A stretch of DNA of 64,000 nucleotides from an uncultured Prevotella sp. (GTDB lineage: Bacteria > Bacteroidota > Bacteroidia > Bacteroidales > Bacteroidaceae), in contig CAKZVT010000031.1 of assembly GCA_937922435.1 (NCBI GenBank), positions 237 to 64,236 on the forward strand, given 5' to 3'. The position numbers and the translations under genes were made by a program. The notes beneath the pieces were generated by a model. The model was not told where the DNA came from. It saw only the letters and a list, made by a program, of their open reading frames with translations, and did not search any database. Positions 41,325 to 50,585 of the stretch are shown in pieces. Position 1 is the first letter of the stretch, and every line of letters begins with the position of its first letter.

Positions 41325-42209
41325 TTAGGCAGTTCCGAATTTCAACATGCACCAATCGTTTTTTGTTTCTTTCTTAATCAAGTTTAGGTTGAGCGATTTT
41401 GCCTTGTCTATAAGCAAATCGGCATCTTGTGTGTAAAATCCGCTTAGTGTCAATGTGCCATTGTCGGCCATGACTTGCCTGAACGCGGCCATGTCAGCCA
41501 ACAGGATATTGCGGTTTATGTTGGCTAAAACAGTATCGAAACGTTGTTTTGCGTTCGTTATCACACTTGCGTCACCATGTATTACGTTTACGTTGTCTAC
41601 ATTGTTCAGGTCGCAATTGTGCTTGGTGTTCTCTACGCTCCATTCGTCAATGTCGTAAGCCGTAATGCCTGCTGCGCCAAGTTTTGCGGCGATAATCGAC
41701 AGAATGCCTGTTCCGCAGCCGCAGTCGAGCACGTGTTTGCCATGCAAGTCAGTATCGAACAAGTCGTTGACAATCATGAATGTCGTTTCATGTCCGCCCG
41801 TTCCGAATGCCTGTTTGGCATCAATGGTGATGTCTATTATTCCATGTTGTGCGGATGCCGGTGAATGGATGGTGTCATGTATTATGCATTTGCCAATAAT
41901 TTCAATCGGTTCAAAACCTCCGGCTTCCCATGTCTCATTCCAGTTTTTGTCTTCCATGTTTTTGGCTGTGTACGATATTTCAACGCCGTTTATTGGAAAA
42001 GCGGCGAGACATAGGTCTGTAGTTGCCTTGTCGAAAGTTTTTTCCTGTATGTAGCCTGTTACGGTGTTTCCTTCGTCTTCAAAAGACTCAAAACCTGCAT
42101 CTCCCAGTATGCTGCACAAAACGTCTTTTGAGGCTTGTAGCATGACGGCGTCATTTTTCCCTTTGTTTCCGGTTGCCGTCAAAGTAAATATGGCTTTCAG
42201 ATATTTCAT
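41325..42209 (-). CDS. prmA: ribosomal protein L11 methyltransferase
   Basis: 294 aa with the SAM-binding motif VLDCGCGTGILSI and PrmA-like architecture. Confidence 0.88.
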   Translation of the reverse strand: MKYLKAIFTLTATGNKGKNDAVMLQASKDVLCSILGDAGFESFEDEGNTVTGYIQEKTFDKATTDLCLAAFPINGVEISYTAKNMEDKNWNETWEAGGFEPIEIIGKCIIHDTIHSPASAQHGIIDITIDAKQAFGTGGHETTFMIVNDLFDTDLHGKHVLDCGCGTGILSIIAAKLGAAGITAYDIDEWSVENTKHNCDLNNVDNVNVIHGDASVITNAKQRFDTVLANINRNILLADMAAFRQVMADNGTLTLSGFYTQDADLLIDKAKSLNLNLIKKETKNDWCMLKFGTA

Positions 42210-42279
42210 ATACTTGTTAAATTCTTCTGCAAATGTATAAAAAATAGGGGAAAACCTATTGGTTTTTAGGGTTTTTCCT

Positions 42280-42287
42280 TATTTTTG
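42280..42287 (+). promoter_or_regulatory. -7 promoter box for the Trp/Tyr-rich protein / porin cassette
   Basis: TATTTTTG, 58 nt upstream of ATG 42345. Confidence 0.45.
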
Positions 42288-42344
42288 CAATAAACTTATT
42301 TGCTACATTTGTAGCGTGATAAAACGATTATAAGGAGGCGATAT

Positions 42345-43211
42345 ATGAACGTAAAAAAGATTGTTTGTGGTCTGTCGTTGTTCTGCTTTGTTTCGTCAGG
42401 CATACAGGCACAGGATGACATGTACTTCATCCCGAAAAAGGTTGACAAGGCGGAAATGGCCGAAGAGCGCAGCACAGTGCGCATAACGCCCATGAGGGAT
42501 GTTGACGAATACAACCGTCGCGGCCAGCTACCCGGTCATTATCAAAGTGTGGATTTAGATACTTTGTACAGTGATGTCATAATCATCGATTCTGTTTCAG
42601 CCGACACAATAGTAGGAGATGCGTTGGCAGTGGATGATTTCGATTATGCGTATGACCCGGAAGACGATTACACGTACAGCCGGAGGCTAAGCCGGTATGA
42701 CGATTTTTACTGGCACGACCCTTGGTATTATGGATGGTACGGCTATGGACCTTATTGGTACGGCAGCCCGTATTGGTATGCCGGATGGTGGTATGCCCCA
42801 TGGTACGACCCTTGGTTTTACGGCTGGCATCGTCCGTGGGGATGGTATCATTCTTGGTATAGGCCGGTGACGTATTACCGTCCTTATCGCGGCATAACCG
42901 GTACTACTAATCATGGACGGCCTTATCGTAATGGCGGGGTTGGCAACACCAATTTTAAGGGATACCGTGGAACGGGCAACCGTATAAACAATAATCGCCA
43001 CACGTATGACCGCAACAACGGAAACACCAATTACAACAACCGTTTCCGTGGCAACCGCCAGAACAACAATAATTGGAACAACAGCCAAAGCCGTCCGACG
43101 TACAACAATTCGTTCGGAGGCAACCGTGGCGGTGGCAGCTTCCGCGGAGGCGGCTCGTTTGGCGGCAGCCGTGGCGGAGGAGGTGGCGGCGGCTTCCGTG
43201 GAAGGAGATAA
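42345..43211 (+). CDS. exported low-complexity protein: acidic region, Trp/Tyr/Pro/Gly-rich core, Asn/Arg/Gly-rich (RGG) tail
   Basis: 288 aa with signal peptide MNVKKIVCGLSLFCFVSSGIQAQ. Core: FYWHDPWYYGWYGYGPYWYGSPYWYAGWWYAPWYDPWFYGWHRPWGWYHSWYRP. Tail: ...GGNRGGGSFRGGGSFGGSRGGGGGGGFRGRR. An AAGGAGG sequence lies 7 nt upstream of the ATG. Confidence 0.75.
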   Translation: MNVKKIVCGLSLFCFVSSGIQAQDDMYFIPKKVDKAEMAEERSTVRITPMRDVDEYNRRGQLPGHYQSVDLDTLYSDVIIIDSVSADTIVGDALAVDDFDYAYDPEDDYTYSRRLSRYDDFYWHDPWYYGWYGYGPYWYGSPYWYAGWWYAPWYDPWFYGWHRPWGWYHSWYRPVTYYRPYRGITGTTNHGRPYRNGGVGNTNFKGYRGTGNRINNNRHTYDRNNGNTNYNNRFRGNRQNNNNWNNSQSRPTYNNSFGGNRGGGSFRGGGSFGGSRGGGGGGGFRGRR

Positions 43212-43229
43212 TAGAACGCAATAACGAAT

Positions 43230-43283
43230 GGCGGTTGGATGCTTTTGTCGCTTTTATGACATCGGCAAAAGCGGCCAACCGCC
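43230..43283 (+). promoter_or_regulatory. stem-loop between the Trp/Tyr-rich protein gene and the FadL-like porin gene
   Basis: Stem ggcggttgg-at-gcttttg ... caaaagc-gg-ccaaccgcc (16 paired positions with a 2-nt internal loop), sitting in the 96-nt gap. It could be a partial terminator or attenuator setting the ratio of the two products. Confidence 0.5.
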
Positions 43284-43307
43284 GAACATCAACCAACAAA
43301 AATATTT

Positions 43308-44912
43308 ATGATTATGAAACGACTTGCATCAATATTCTTTTCCGTCATTGCTCTTGTGCCGCTTTCTGCGCAAGAGACTTACGAGAATGCTAACATTGCG
43401 ACTGAAGACCTTAACGGCACGGCACGTTATGTAGGCATGGGCGGAGCTATGGACGCGCTCGGCGCAGACATTTCCACCATCGGAACCAATCCGGCCGGTA
43501 TCGGATTGTTCCGCCACTCTACGGCCAATGTCTCTTTTGGTCTTGTATCGCAGCAAGGCGGCAGCAGTTTTGCCGACGGCAAAAAGACAAACATGAGTTT
43601 CGACCAGGCCGGCTTCGTGTATGCACGCCGCACGGGGCGCAACTCATTCCTGAATTTCGCTTTCAATTACCACAAGAGCCGTAACTTCGACTACATCCTT
43701 TCCGCCGCCGACGCCCTCAACGGCGCGTCGCAGAACAAGCTGTCAGCCTTGAAAGACGCTGAAGGCGTGTTCCGGGTATATTACGATGAGGCGGCCAATA
43801 GCGGCAATGGGGCGTATGTGGCCGACAGCTACATGTTCAACCAGGTGGATTATCTTTATTTCAACGTGTTGATGCCGTATGATGAACAAAGTGACATGTT
43901 CATACATAACGATGCCAACGGATATATGTTCAACCGTGCCAATTCAGGTTACATAGGCGAGTATGATTTCAATATCAGCGGCAACATCAACGACCGTGTC
44001 TACCTTGGCTTGACCTTCGGCATCAGCGATGTTAACTATAAGAGCTACGGCGAATACTCTGAAACACTTGTCGATGCGGCTGGAGCGGGTATCGGCAATA
44101 TCCTCGTTGCCGACGAGCGGCGTATCAGCGGAACAGGTTTTAATGTCAAGGCCGGCATAATCTTCCGCCCGATTGAGGCTTCGCCGTTCCGTGTCGGGCT
44201 GTCTGTCGCTACGCCGACATGGTATGACTTGACTACATCCAATTACACGTACATGCAGAACAACACCGATGTCGGGATGTATGACTCTGGCGAAATAGGG
44301 GAGAGCTACGACTTCAAGCTCTACACGCCGTGGAAGTTCGGTGTAAGCCTCGGCACTACGTTCGGCAATTACCTTGCCGTGGGCGCAGGCTATGAATACG
44401 CCGATTATGGCAGCCTTGACAGCCGTATTAATACTGGCGGAAGCTATGACTGGTATTATGACGAATATTATGAAAGTTCGTCAAGCGACCGCGCGATGAA
44501 CCGACACACGGAGCAGACGCTGAAAGGTGTAAGCACATTCAAGATTGGTGCGGAGTTCAAGCCTGACAGCAAGCTGGCCGTCCGCGTGGGCTATAACTAT
44601 GTATCGCCTATGTATGAAGAAGCAGGCTATAAGGATGTCACGGTCAATTCGCCCGGCACGTATTACGCATCGTCAACCGATTATACAAACTGGAAGGCTA
44701 CAAACCGTTTTACTTGCGGCGTAGGTTACAACGTAGGCAAACTCTCCTTGGACCTCGCTTACCAGTATTCGGCGCAGAGCGGCGATTTCAGTCCGTTTAC
44801 AAGTTATTACACTTCGGCTGAAGATTCACGGGAATATGATAACATATGCAACGCCGTTAAGGTTGACAACAAGCGTCATCAGCTATTGTTTACACTTGGA
44901 TACCATTTCTAA
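43308..44912 (+). CDS. FadL/OmpP1/TodX-like (PorV-like) outer-membrane beta-barrel protein
   Basis: 534 aa with a signal peptide, the family N-terminal motif GTARYVGMGGAMDALGADISTIGTNPAGIGLF, alternating beta-strand pattern, and a C-terminal ...FTLGYHF beta-signal. Confidence 0.7.
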   Translation: MIMKRLASIFFSVIALVPLSAQETYENANIATEDLNGTARYVGMGGAMDALGADISTIGTNPAGIGLFRHSTANVSFGLVSQQGGSSFADGKKTNMSFDQAGFVYARRTGRNSFLNFAFNYHKSRNFDYILSAADALNGASQNKLSALKDAEGVFRVYYDEAANSGNGAYVADSYMFNQVDYLYFNVLMPYDEQSDMFIHNDANGYMFNRANSGYIGEYDFNISGNINDRVYLGLTFGISDVNYKSYGEYSETLVDAAGAGIGNILVADERRISGTGFNVKAGIIFRPIEASPFRVGLSVATPTWYDLTTSNYTYMQNNTDVGMYDSGEIGESYDFKLYTPWKFGVSLGTTFGNYLAVGAGYEYADYGSLDSRINTGGSYDWYYDEYYESSSSDRAMNRHTEQTLKGVSTFKIGAEFKPDSKLAVRVGYNYVSPMYEEAGYKDVTVNSPGTYYASSTDYTNWKATNRFTCGVGYNVGKLSLDLAYQYSAQSGDFSPFTSYYTSAEDSREYDNICNAVKVDNKRHQLLFTLGYHF

Positions 44913-44960
44913 AGATTTGGCATTTGTATCGGGCTGCTTATGAATAAACGTTGGGTACGG

Positions 44961-44996
44961 AAGGCGTGGATGCATTTGTATCCACGCCTTTTATAT
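44961..44996 (+). terminator. terminator after the FadL-like porin gene
   Basis: Perfect 11-bp stem aaggcgtggat / atccacgcctt, followed by ttatatt. Confidence 0.65.
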
Positions 44997-45092
44997 TAAT
45001 ACAGCAGGTATTGGATAGTTATTGAAGTAAGTTCGCCGTGTGTGCCAAGTGTGTAGCATCTTTATATAGATGCGGATGAACCCAAATTAGCT

Positions 45093-45157
45093 GGTAAGAG
45101 GTGGCCTTTTGCACGTTGAAAGGTCACCTTTTGTACGCTAAAAGGCGGTCTTTTGAG
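45093..45157 (+). repeat. 22-bp tandem mini-palindrome array (copy 5)
   Basis: Units: gtaagaggtggccttttgcacgt / tgaaaggtcaccttttgtacgc / taaaaggcggtcttttgaggg. Confidence 0.85.
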
Positions 45158-45239
45158 GGCGTATGGGTAACGCGTTGATTTTCAGTGCGTTGACGAATGC
45201 GTTATGCTTCGTCCTCCCGCAGTTTTAGGTGTATAAGTA

Positions 45240-45325
45240 AAGAGTTAAGAATTAAGAGTTAAGAATTAAGAAAATATGCTTTGTCGGCGTTTTTCTTAAC
45301 TCCTAACTCTTAATTCTTAACTCTT
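45240..45325. repeat. word-repeat hairpin (ttaagaa/ttaagag words) just downstream of prfC
   Basis: Arms aagagttaagaattaagagttaagaattaagaaaa / ttttcttaactcctaactcttaattcttaactctt: about 34-bp arms, 2 mismatches, 17-nt loop. Confidence 0.85.
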
Positions 45326-45340
45326 TACCCTTGTCGTTTT

Positions 45341-46909
45341 TCAGAACTCGCTGGTGAAGTGGAAGCGTATGTGCTTGAAGTCCTGCTGCGCCATCTGGAG
45401 CACGTAGCCGCTGTCGGCGAGGAACACGTCGCGGCCGTCTTTGTCCTTGGCCATGTACTGATACTTGCGTTTCTTGAACTGCTCAAGCTCCGCAGGGTCG
45501 TCAGAGTCTATCCAGCAAGCCTTGTACAGATGCACCGGCTCCCAGCGACACTTGGCTCCGTACTCGTTTTCGAGGCGGTACTGTATGACCTCGAACTGCA
45601 GCTGGCCTACCGTTCCGATGATTTTGCGGCCGTTGAACTGATTGACGAACATCTGCGCCACGCCCTCGTCCATCAGCTGGTCGATGCCTTTTGCTAGTTG
45701 CTTTGATTTCATCGGGTCGTCGTTTTCGATGTATTTGAACATTTCCGGCGAGAACGACGGCAGGCCGCGGAAGTGCAGCTGTTCGCCGTCGGTGAGAGTG
45801 TCGCCGATTTTGAAGATGCCATTATCGGGCAGACCGACTATGTCGCCGGGCCAAGCCTCGTCGATAGTGCTCTTGCGCTGCGCCATGAACTGCGTCGGCG
45901 AAGAGAAGCGGACGGTCTTGCCAAGACGCACATGCAGGTAGGGGTGGTTGCGCTCAAAGCGTCCGCTGCACACCTTGCAGAAGGCGATACACGAGCGGTG
46001 GTTGGGGTCAATGTTGGCCGTGATTTTGAATATGAAGCCCGTAAACTTAGGCTCTTCCGGCTCAACAATGCGCTCCTCGGCCTTCGTAGGACGGGGACTT
46101 GGGGCTATTTCGACAAAACAATTAAGTAGTTCCTGCACTCCGAAGTTGTTGAGCGCACTGCCGAAGAACACCGGGGCTACCTCTGCCGAGCGGTAGTCGT
46201 CAACGTTGAACTCGGGGTAAACGCCGTCAACCAGTTCCAAGTCGTCACGCAGTTTTGCCGCGTCTGCCTCACCGACACGGCGGTCGAGTTCGTCGCTTGA
46301 TATGTCAACCTCCACCTTCTCCGTAACGCGTTGCTTGTCGGGGGTGAACAGGTCGAGCTTCTGCTCGTAGATGTTGTACACGCCCTTGAACTTCGCTCCC
46401 TGGTTGATGGGCCACGACAGTGGGCGCACCTTTATTTCAAGCTCCTGCTCAAGCTCGTCAAGCAGGTCGAAGGGGTCGCGCCCTTCGCGGTCCATCTTGT
46501 TGATGAAGATGATTACCGGCGTGTTGCGCATGCGGCATACGTTCATCAGCTTGCGCGTCTGCGCCTCCACGCCCTTCGCCCCGTCCACCACGATGATGGC
46601 CGAGTCTACGGCGGTAAGCGTGCGGTAAGTGTCTTCGGCGAAGTCTTGGTGGCCCGGCGTATCAAGAATGTTGACCTTATAGCCCTCGTAGTCAAACTCC
46701 ATGACCGATGTTGACACGGATATTCCGCGCTGCTTCTCGATGTCCATCCAGTCAGACGTGGCCGTCTTGCGGATTTTGTTGTTCTTCACCGCGCCTGCCA
46801 CTTGGATTTGCCCTCCGAAAAGCAGAAACTTCTCAGTAAGCGTGGTCTTTCCCGCGTCAGGGTGTGATATTATGGCGAATGTGCGCCGTCTTGCTATTTC
46901 CTTGTTCAT
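45341..46909 (-). CDS. prfC: peptide chain release factor 3
   Basis: 522 aa with [27 protein letters not shown] (G1), DTPGHQDF (G3), and NKMD (G4). Confidence 0.95.
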   Translation of the reverse strand: MNKEIARRRTFAIISHPDAGKTTLTEKFLLFGGQIQVAGAVKNNKIRKTATSDWMDIEKQRGISVSTSVMEFDYEGYKVNILDTPGHQDFAEDTYRTLTAVDSAIIVVDGAKGVEAQTRKLMNVCRMRNTPVIIFINKMDREGRDPFDLLDELEQELEIKVRPLSWPINQGAKFKGVYNIYEQKLDLFTPDKQRVTEKVEVDISSDELDRRVGEADAAKLRDDLELVDGVYPEFNVDDYRSAEVAPVFFGSALNNFGVQELLNCFVEIAPSPRPTKAEERIVEPEEPKFTGFIFKITANIDPNHRSCIAFCKVCSGRFERNHPYLHVRLGKTVRFSSPTQFMAQRKSTIDEAWPGDIVGLPDNGIFKIGDTLTDGEQLHFRGLPSFSPEMFKYIENDDPMKSKQLAKGIDQLMDEGVAQMFVNQFNGRKIIGTVGQLQFEVIQYRLENEYGAKCRWEPVHLYKACWIDSDDPAELEQFKKRKYQYMAKDKDGRDVFLADSGYVLQMAQQDFKHIRFHFTSEF

Positions 46910-46913
46910 TTGG

Positions 46914-47774
46914 TTACACTTTGTCTGCTAACAACTTGATGCACTCTACCAGGCTTTCTTCCCAATAGGGAATGTCCAAGCCGTAGGTCTCCTTGATTTT
47001 TGTCTTGTCCAAGACGCTGTATGCCGGACGCTTGGCAGGCGTAGGATATTCGGCAGTGTGCAGCGGTTTTACGCGGCACGATGTTATTCCTGCGATGCGG
47101 TGGATTGCCTTTGTGAAGTCGTACCAGCTGCATACGCCCTCATTGGAGAAGTGGTATACGCCCGGCTTTATGCCTTTTTCTATGGCCGTCATGATAGCAA
47201 CGGCAAGGTCGCGTGCGTAAGTCGGCGTGCCGATTTGGTCGAATATGACACCAAGTTCGGGCTTTTCCTTGCCAAGGCGCAGCATCGTCTTGACGAAATT
47301 GCCGCCGAACGGAGAATAAAGCCATGCCGTGCGTATAATCATGACATGCTTGCAGAATTTGCCTATGGCAAGCTCGCCTGCGAGTTTCGTGCTGCCGTAA
47401 ACGCTGTCGGGGCAAGGGGTGTCGGTTTCTGTGTAAGGGGTATGCTTCGTTCCGTCAAACACATAGTCGGTAGATACATGTACCATCCAGCCGCCGCGTG
47501 CCTCTACCGCTGCCGCCAGGTAGGCTGGAGCTTCGGTGTTGAGGGCGGTGCAAAGCTGCTTGTCCGTTTCCGCCTTGTCAACGGCGGTGTATGCCGCACA
47601 GTTTATTATGCCGTCAATGGCATTGTTTTTGACAAAATCATTTACGGCTGCCTGGTTGGTGATATCCAGTTCGTCCCTGTCTGTGTTGAAAAATGTGTGC
47701 TGTCCGTAATTCTCTTCAAGCAGCCTGATTTCGCTGCCCAGCTGGCCGTTACAGCCTGTAACAAGTATGTTCAT
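46914..47774 (-). CDS. rfbD: dTDP-4-dehydrorhamnose reductase
   Basis: 286 aa with [13 protein letters not shown] (Rossmann motif), STDYVFDG, and overall RmlD-like sequence. Its stop is 4 nt upstream of the prfC start. Confidence 0.9.
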   Translation of the reverse strand: MNILVTGCNGQLGSEIRLLEENYGQHTFFNTDRDELDITNQAAVNDFVKNNAIDGIINCAAYTAVDKAETDKQLCTALNTEAPAYLAAAVEARGGWMVHVSTDYVFDGTKHTPYTETDTPCPDSVYGSTKLAGELAIGKFCKHVMIIRTAWLYSPFGGNFVKTMLRLGKEKPELGVIFDQIGTPTYARDLAVAIMTAIEKGIKPGVYHFSNEGVCSWYDFTKAIHRIAGITSCRVKPLHTAEYPTPAKRPAYSVLDKTKIKETYGLDIPYWEESLVECIKLLADKV

Positions 47775-47806
47775 TGTTTTTGGTTATTTGGTTTTGCGGT
47801 TGTTGG

Positions 47807-47899
47807 GGCTTTACGGTCGTAATTTTGCAGCCGTGGGCTTAGGGTTGCATGAAAGCAAATAATAACCGTAAAACCTCATGGCCGCATAACCGTAAAGCC
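47807..47899. repeat. word-repeat hairpin (aaccgtaaagcc words) between the DUF4924-like gene and rfbD
   Basis: ggctttacggt (47807) pairs with accgtaaagcc (47889). An extra direct copy, taaccgtaaaacc, lies at 47864. Confidence 0.6.
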
Positions 47900-47905
47900 G
47901 TATGT

Positions 47906-48451
47906 TCAATCAAATTCAAGAGGCTCTTCTTTGTCTTTCAGGTAATAATCTGAAAGCATCCCTATGAAAGTGCTGATTTCCTTGATGGCGTGTTCAGTGT
48001 CGGGACTTATCTTCTTTTTTTGCAAACGCAGCATCATTACGCCGTAAAGGGCGTTGAAACAAGTCTCGACCTCGTTCTCGTCGTTGTCTGCCCCACGCTT
48101 GCGCAGTTCAACGATGAAAGGCAGCACCTTATAATATTCGCTGTTGTAAAACGGATATTTCGTGCTTTGCAGCAACTGTGCGTTAAGTTCCACAAGCTGC
48201 TGCATCACTATTTTGTTGATTTGCAGATGGCCTTTTTCACGGCAACCTTCCTGGTTTATCATCCTGACAAGGTTGCCATACCAGTCAGCCATGTCCTCTT
48301 TTTGTTCGTCGGTATAGTCAAACTTGTCTATATACTCGCGTCGGATTCGTCCCAAGTTGCAGCCGTAAGCACGTATAAGGTCTTCAACCTGCCACATGTA
48401 AAGCAGGTATTCGGCTATGCTTTTCTTTCTTAATTCCTGTGATATGAACAT
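47906..48451 (-). CDS. DUF4924-like conserved Bacteroidetes protein
   Basis: ORF 47906..48472, trimmed to ATG 48451. MFISQELRKKSIAEYLLYMWQVEDLIRA resembles my recollection of DUF4924 N-termini. Not verified. Confidence 0.6.
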   Translation of the reverse strand: MFISQELRKKSIAEYLLYMWQVEDLIRAYGCNLGRIRREYIDKFDYTDEQKEDMADWYGNLVRMINQEGCREKGHLQINKIVMQQLVELNAQLLQSTKYPFYNSEYYKVLPFIVELRKRGADNDENEVETCFNALYGVMMLRLQKKKISPDTEHAIKEISTFIGMLSDYYLKDKEEPLEFD

Positions 48452-48532
48452 TGTTTGCCGGTTGACAAGCATAATAAGAAACAGGCAAACAAGTTGATAT
48501 GGCTCGGAACTTGTCTGCCCGTACCTTGTTTG

Positions 48533-49201
48533 CTAATAATGAAACGTATAAAGATTGAATACAGTGCCGATAAGCACAATCAGTGAAAAAATCATGACTA
48601 TGCTGCCAATGATTTTGTTTATTATGACAATACTGCTGTTGTCGAATTTCCCTCTGACCTTGTCTATAAGCCATGTCAACCCGAACCACCATAGCAATGC
48701 TCCGCAGATGATGCTGAAATAGCCTACGCACATGTGCAAGGGATGGTCGGTAACAACAAAGGCGAACTGTGCGAACGTCGCCATGAAAAGGAATATTATC
48801 AGCGGATTTGAGAATGTGACGAGGAATGCCGTCACCCCGTTGTGTATCAGTGTACCCTTCTTGTTTCCGCTGACATGGATTTTTTTTGTGGGGTCTGAAC
48901 GGTAACAATATACTCCGAAAACCATCAGCAGAATGCTGCCGGTTATTTGCAAGATAAACCGGTTCTGGTTATTGTTAATCAAATCCATTACGAAACTCAT
49001 GCCGAAGCCGGTTATCAGCGCATAGATGAAGTCGCTTACCGTAGCCCCGATGCCGGTAACAAAGCCATACCAGCGCCCTTTGTTCAAGGTGCGTTGTATG
49101 CAAAGTACACCGACAGGCCCCATCGGAGCCGACGCGACGATGCCAATCAGCATTCCCTTGAAAATCCAGTCAAGTATGTCTAAATGAAATTGAAACGGCA
49201 T
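48533..49201 (-). CDS. LysE/RhtB-family amino-acid exporter
   Basis: 222 aa with six hydrophobic segments and a LysE-like N-terminal GPVGVLCIQRTL motif. Confidence 0.75.
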   Translation of the reverse strand: MPFQFHLDILDWIFKGMLIGIVASAPMGPVGVLCIQRTLNKGRWYGFVTGIGATVSDFIYALITGFGMSFVMDLINNNQNRFILQITGSILLMVFGVYCYRSDPTKKIHVSGNKKGTLIHNGVTAFLVTFSNPLIIFLFMATFAQFAFVVTDHPLHMCVGYFSIICGALLWWFGLTWLIDKVRGKFDNSSIVIINKIIGSIVMIFSLIVLIGTVFNLYTFHY

Positions 49202-49390
49202 AACGAGTGCAAAATTGCTAATTTTTTACGAAAGAAACAAATTTTGCTGACAAAACTTTGCCGTATATGAGATTTTTGATAACTTTGCAATCACTCAGCA
49301 AAACACGACGTTTCGTCGCGGTTGATAAGGTCGATGAAGTCATGTTTTGTATTTGGTTAGCATGTAATTAACATCAAATTTTTCAATATC

Positions 49391-50371
49391 ATGATATCAC
49401 AACCATTAAAACCCTACGTCATCGGACTTGACCTCGGCGGTACAAACTCCGTATTCGGCGTAGTAGACAGCCGTGGCGACATCAAGGCCACAACAGCGAT
49501 TAAGACACAGGTGTATTCAAATGTTGATGATTATGTAAACGCCTCTGTCGAGGCTTTGCAAATCATAATCGACCAGGTAGGAGGCATCGATAAGTTCAAG
49601 GCTATGGGTATAGGTGCGCCTAACGCCAACTATTACAAGGGTACAGTGGAATACGCGCCCAATATCGCATGGGCGCATGAGTGCATAGTGCCCCTTGCCG
49701 ATATGTTCAGTGAAAAGCTGGGAATACCTGTAGCGATAACCAATGATGCCAATGCCGCAGCCATAGGCGAAATGACATACGGCGTTGCGCGCGGCATGAA
49801 GGACTTTATCGTGCTGACGCTGGGTACAGGAGTAGGCTCGGGTATTGTAATAAACGGTCAGCTTGTTTACGGAAGCGATGGATTTGCCGGCGAGTTGGGA
49901 CACGTTATAATGCGCCGCGAGAACGGACGTTCATGTGGTTGCGGACGTACTGGATGCCTTGAGGCTTATTGCTCGGCTACGGGTGTTGCCCGTACCGCCC
50001 GTGAACTCTTGGCTACGACGGACATGCCGTCAGTGCTTCGTGACATTGAACCCGAGAAAATCACGTCGCTCGATGTTTCAATCGCCGCAGGAAAAGGTGA
50101 CGAACTGGCAAAGAAAGTTTACGACTTCACTGGCGAAATGCTTGGTGAGGCGTGTGCAGACTTCGCCGCATTCTCGTCGCCGGAGGCGTTCATCTTCTTT
50201 GGCGGACTTACAAAAGCCGGCGACTTGATAATGGAACCGATAAAGAAAAGCTATCGTGAGCATGCACTTAACTTGTTCAAAGACAAGCCGCAGTTCTTGG
50301 TAAGCGGACTTGACGGTTCTTCCGCGGCGGTTCTTGGAGCAAGCGCCATCGGCTGGGATATAAAGGAATAA
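49391..50371 (+). CDS. ROK-family sugar kinase (putative glucokinase)
   Basis: 326 aa with IGLDLGGTNSVFGVVD (ATP-binding motif) and ROK zinc motif GHVIMRRENGRSCGCGRTGCLEAYCS. Confidence 0.88.
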   Translation: MISQPLKPYVIGLDLGGTNSVFGVVDSRGDIKATTAIKTQVYSNVDDYVNASVEALQIIIDQVGGIDKFKAMGIGAPNANYYKGTVEYAPNIAWAHECIVPLADMFSEKLGIPVAITNDANAAAIGEMTYGVARGMKDFIVLTLGTGVGSGIVINGQLVYGSDGFAGELGHVIMRRENGRSCGCGRTGCLEAYCSATGVARTARELLATTDMPSVLRDIEPEKITSLDVSIAAGKGDELAKKVYDFTGEMLGEACADFAAFSSPEAFIFFGGLTKAGDLIMEPIKKSYREHALNLFKDKPQFLVSGLDGSSAAVLGASAIGWDIKE

Positions 50372-50379
50372 TACCAATA

Positions 50380-50423
50380 AATAATGGCGGATGATGTTTG
50401 TCATCCGCCATTATTGTTTTATT
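50380..50423 (+). terminator. intrinsic terminator after the ROK kinase gene
   Basis: Perfect 15-bp stem aataatggcggatga / tcatccgccattatt with a 6-nt loop, then gttttatt. Confidence 0.75.
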
Positions 50424-50515
50424 GCAGTAATGACAATCTGCATTCAAGATGCGTTGCAACCGCTCCATTTTATGAAAAATCACGCGTAAAAGGGACATCG
50501 TGTCGTTTTTTTGCG

Positions 50516-50523
50516 TATATTTG
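50516..50523 (+). promoter_or_regulatory. -7 promoter box for tsaC
   Basis: TATATTTG, 63 nt upstream of ATG 50586. Confidence 0.4.
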
Positions 50524-50585
50524 CCACGCTCTTTGACGGCGCAGGCCGTGCCGTAAGTGTCATAAGAGCGGAAATATTGACAAAT

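Noticed and set aside
42687-43299. Cluster of overlapping ORFs on both strands over the 3' half of the Trp/Tyr-rich gene
   Set aside because: They are a consequence of the low-complexity, repetitive codon content (GGN/CGN/AAC runs). The signal-peptide-bearing plus-strand frame starting at 42345 is the only one with a sensible start, promoter box and terminator context.
47058-47822. 254-codon plus-strand ORF
   Set aside because: It is antisense to rfbD. It is a shadow ORF.
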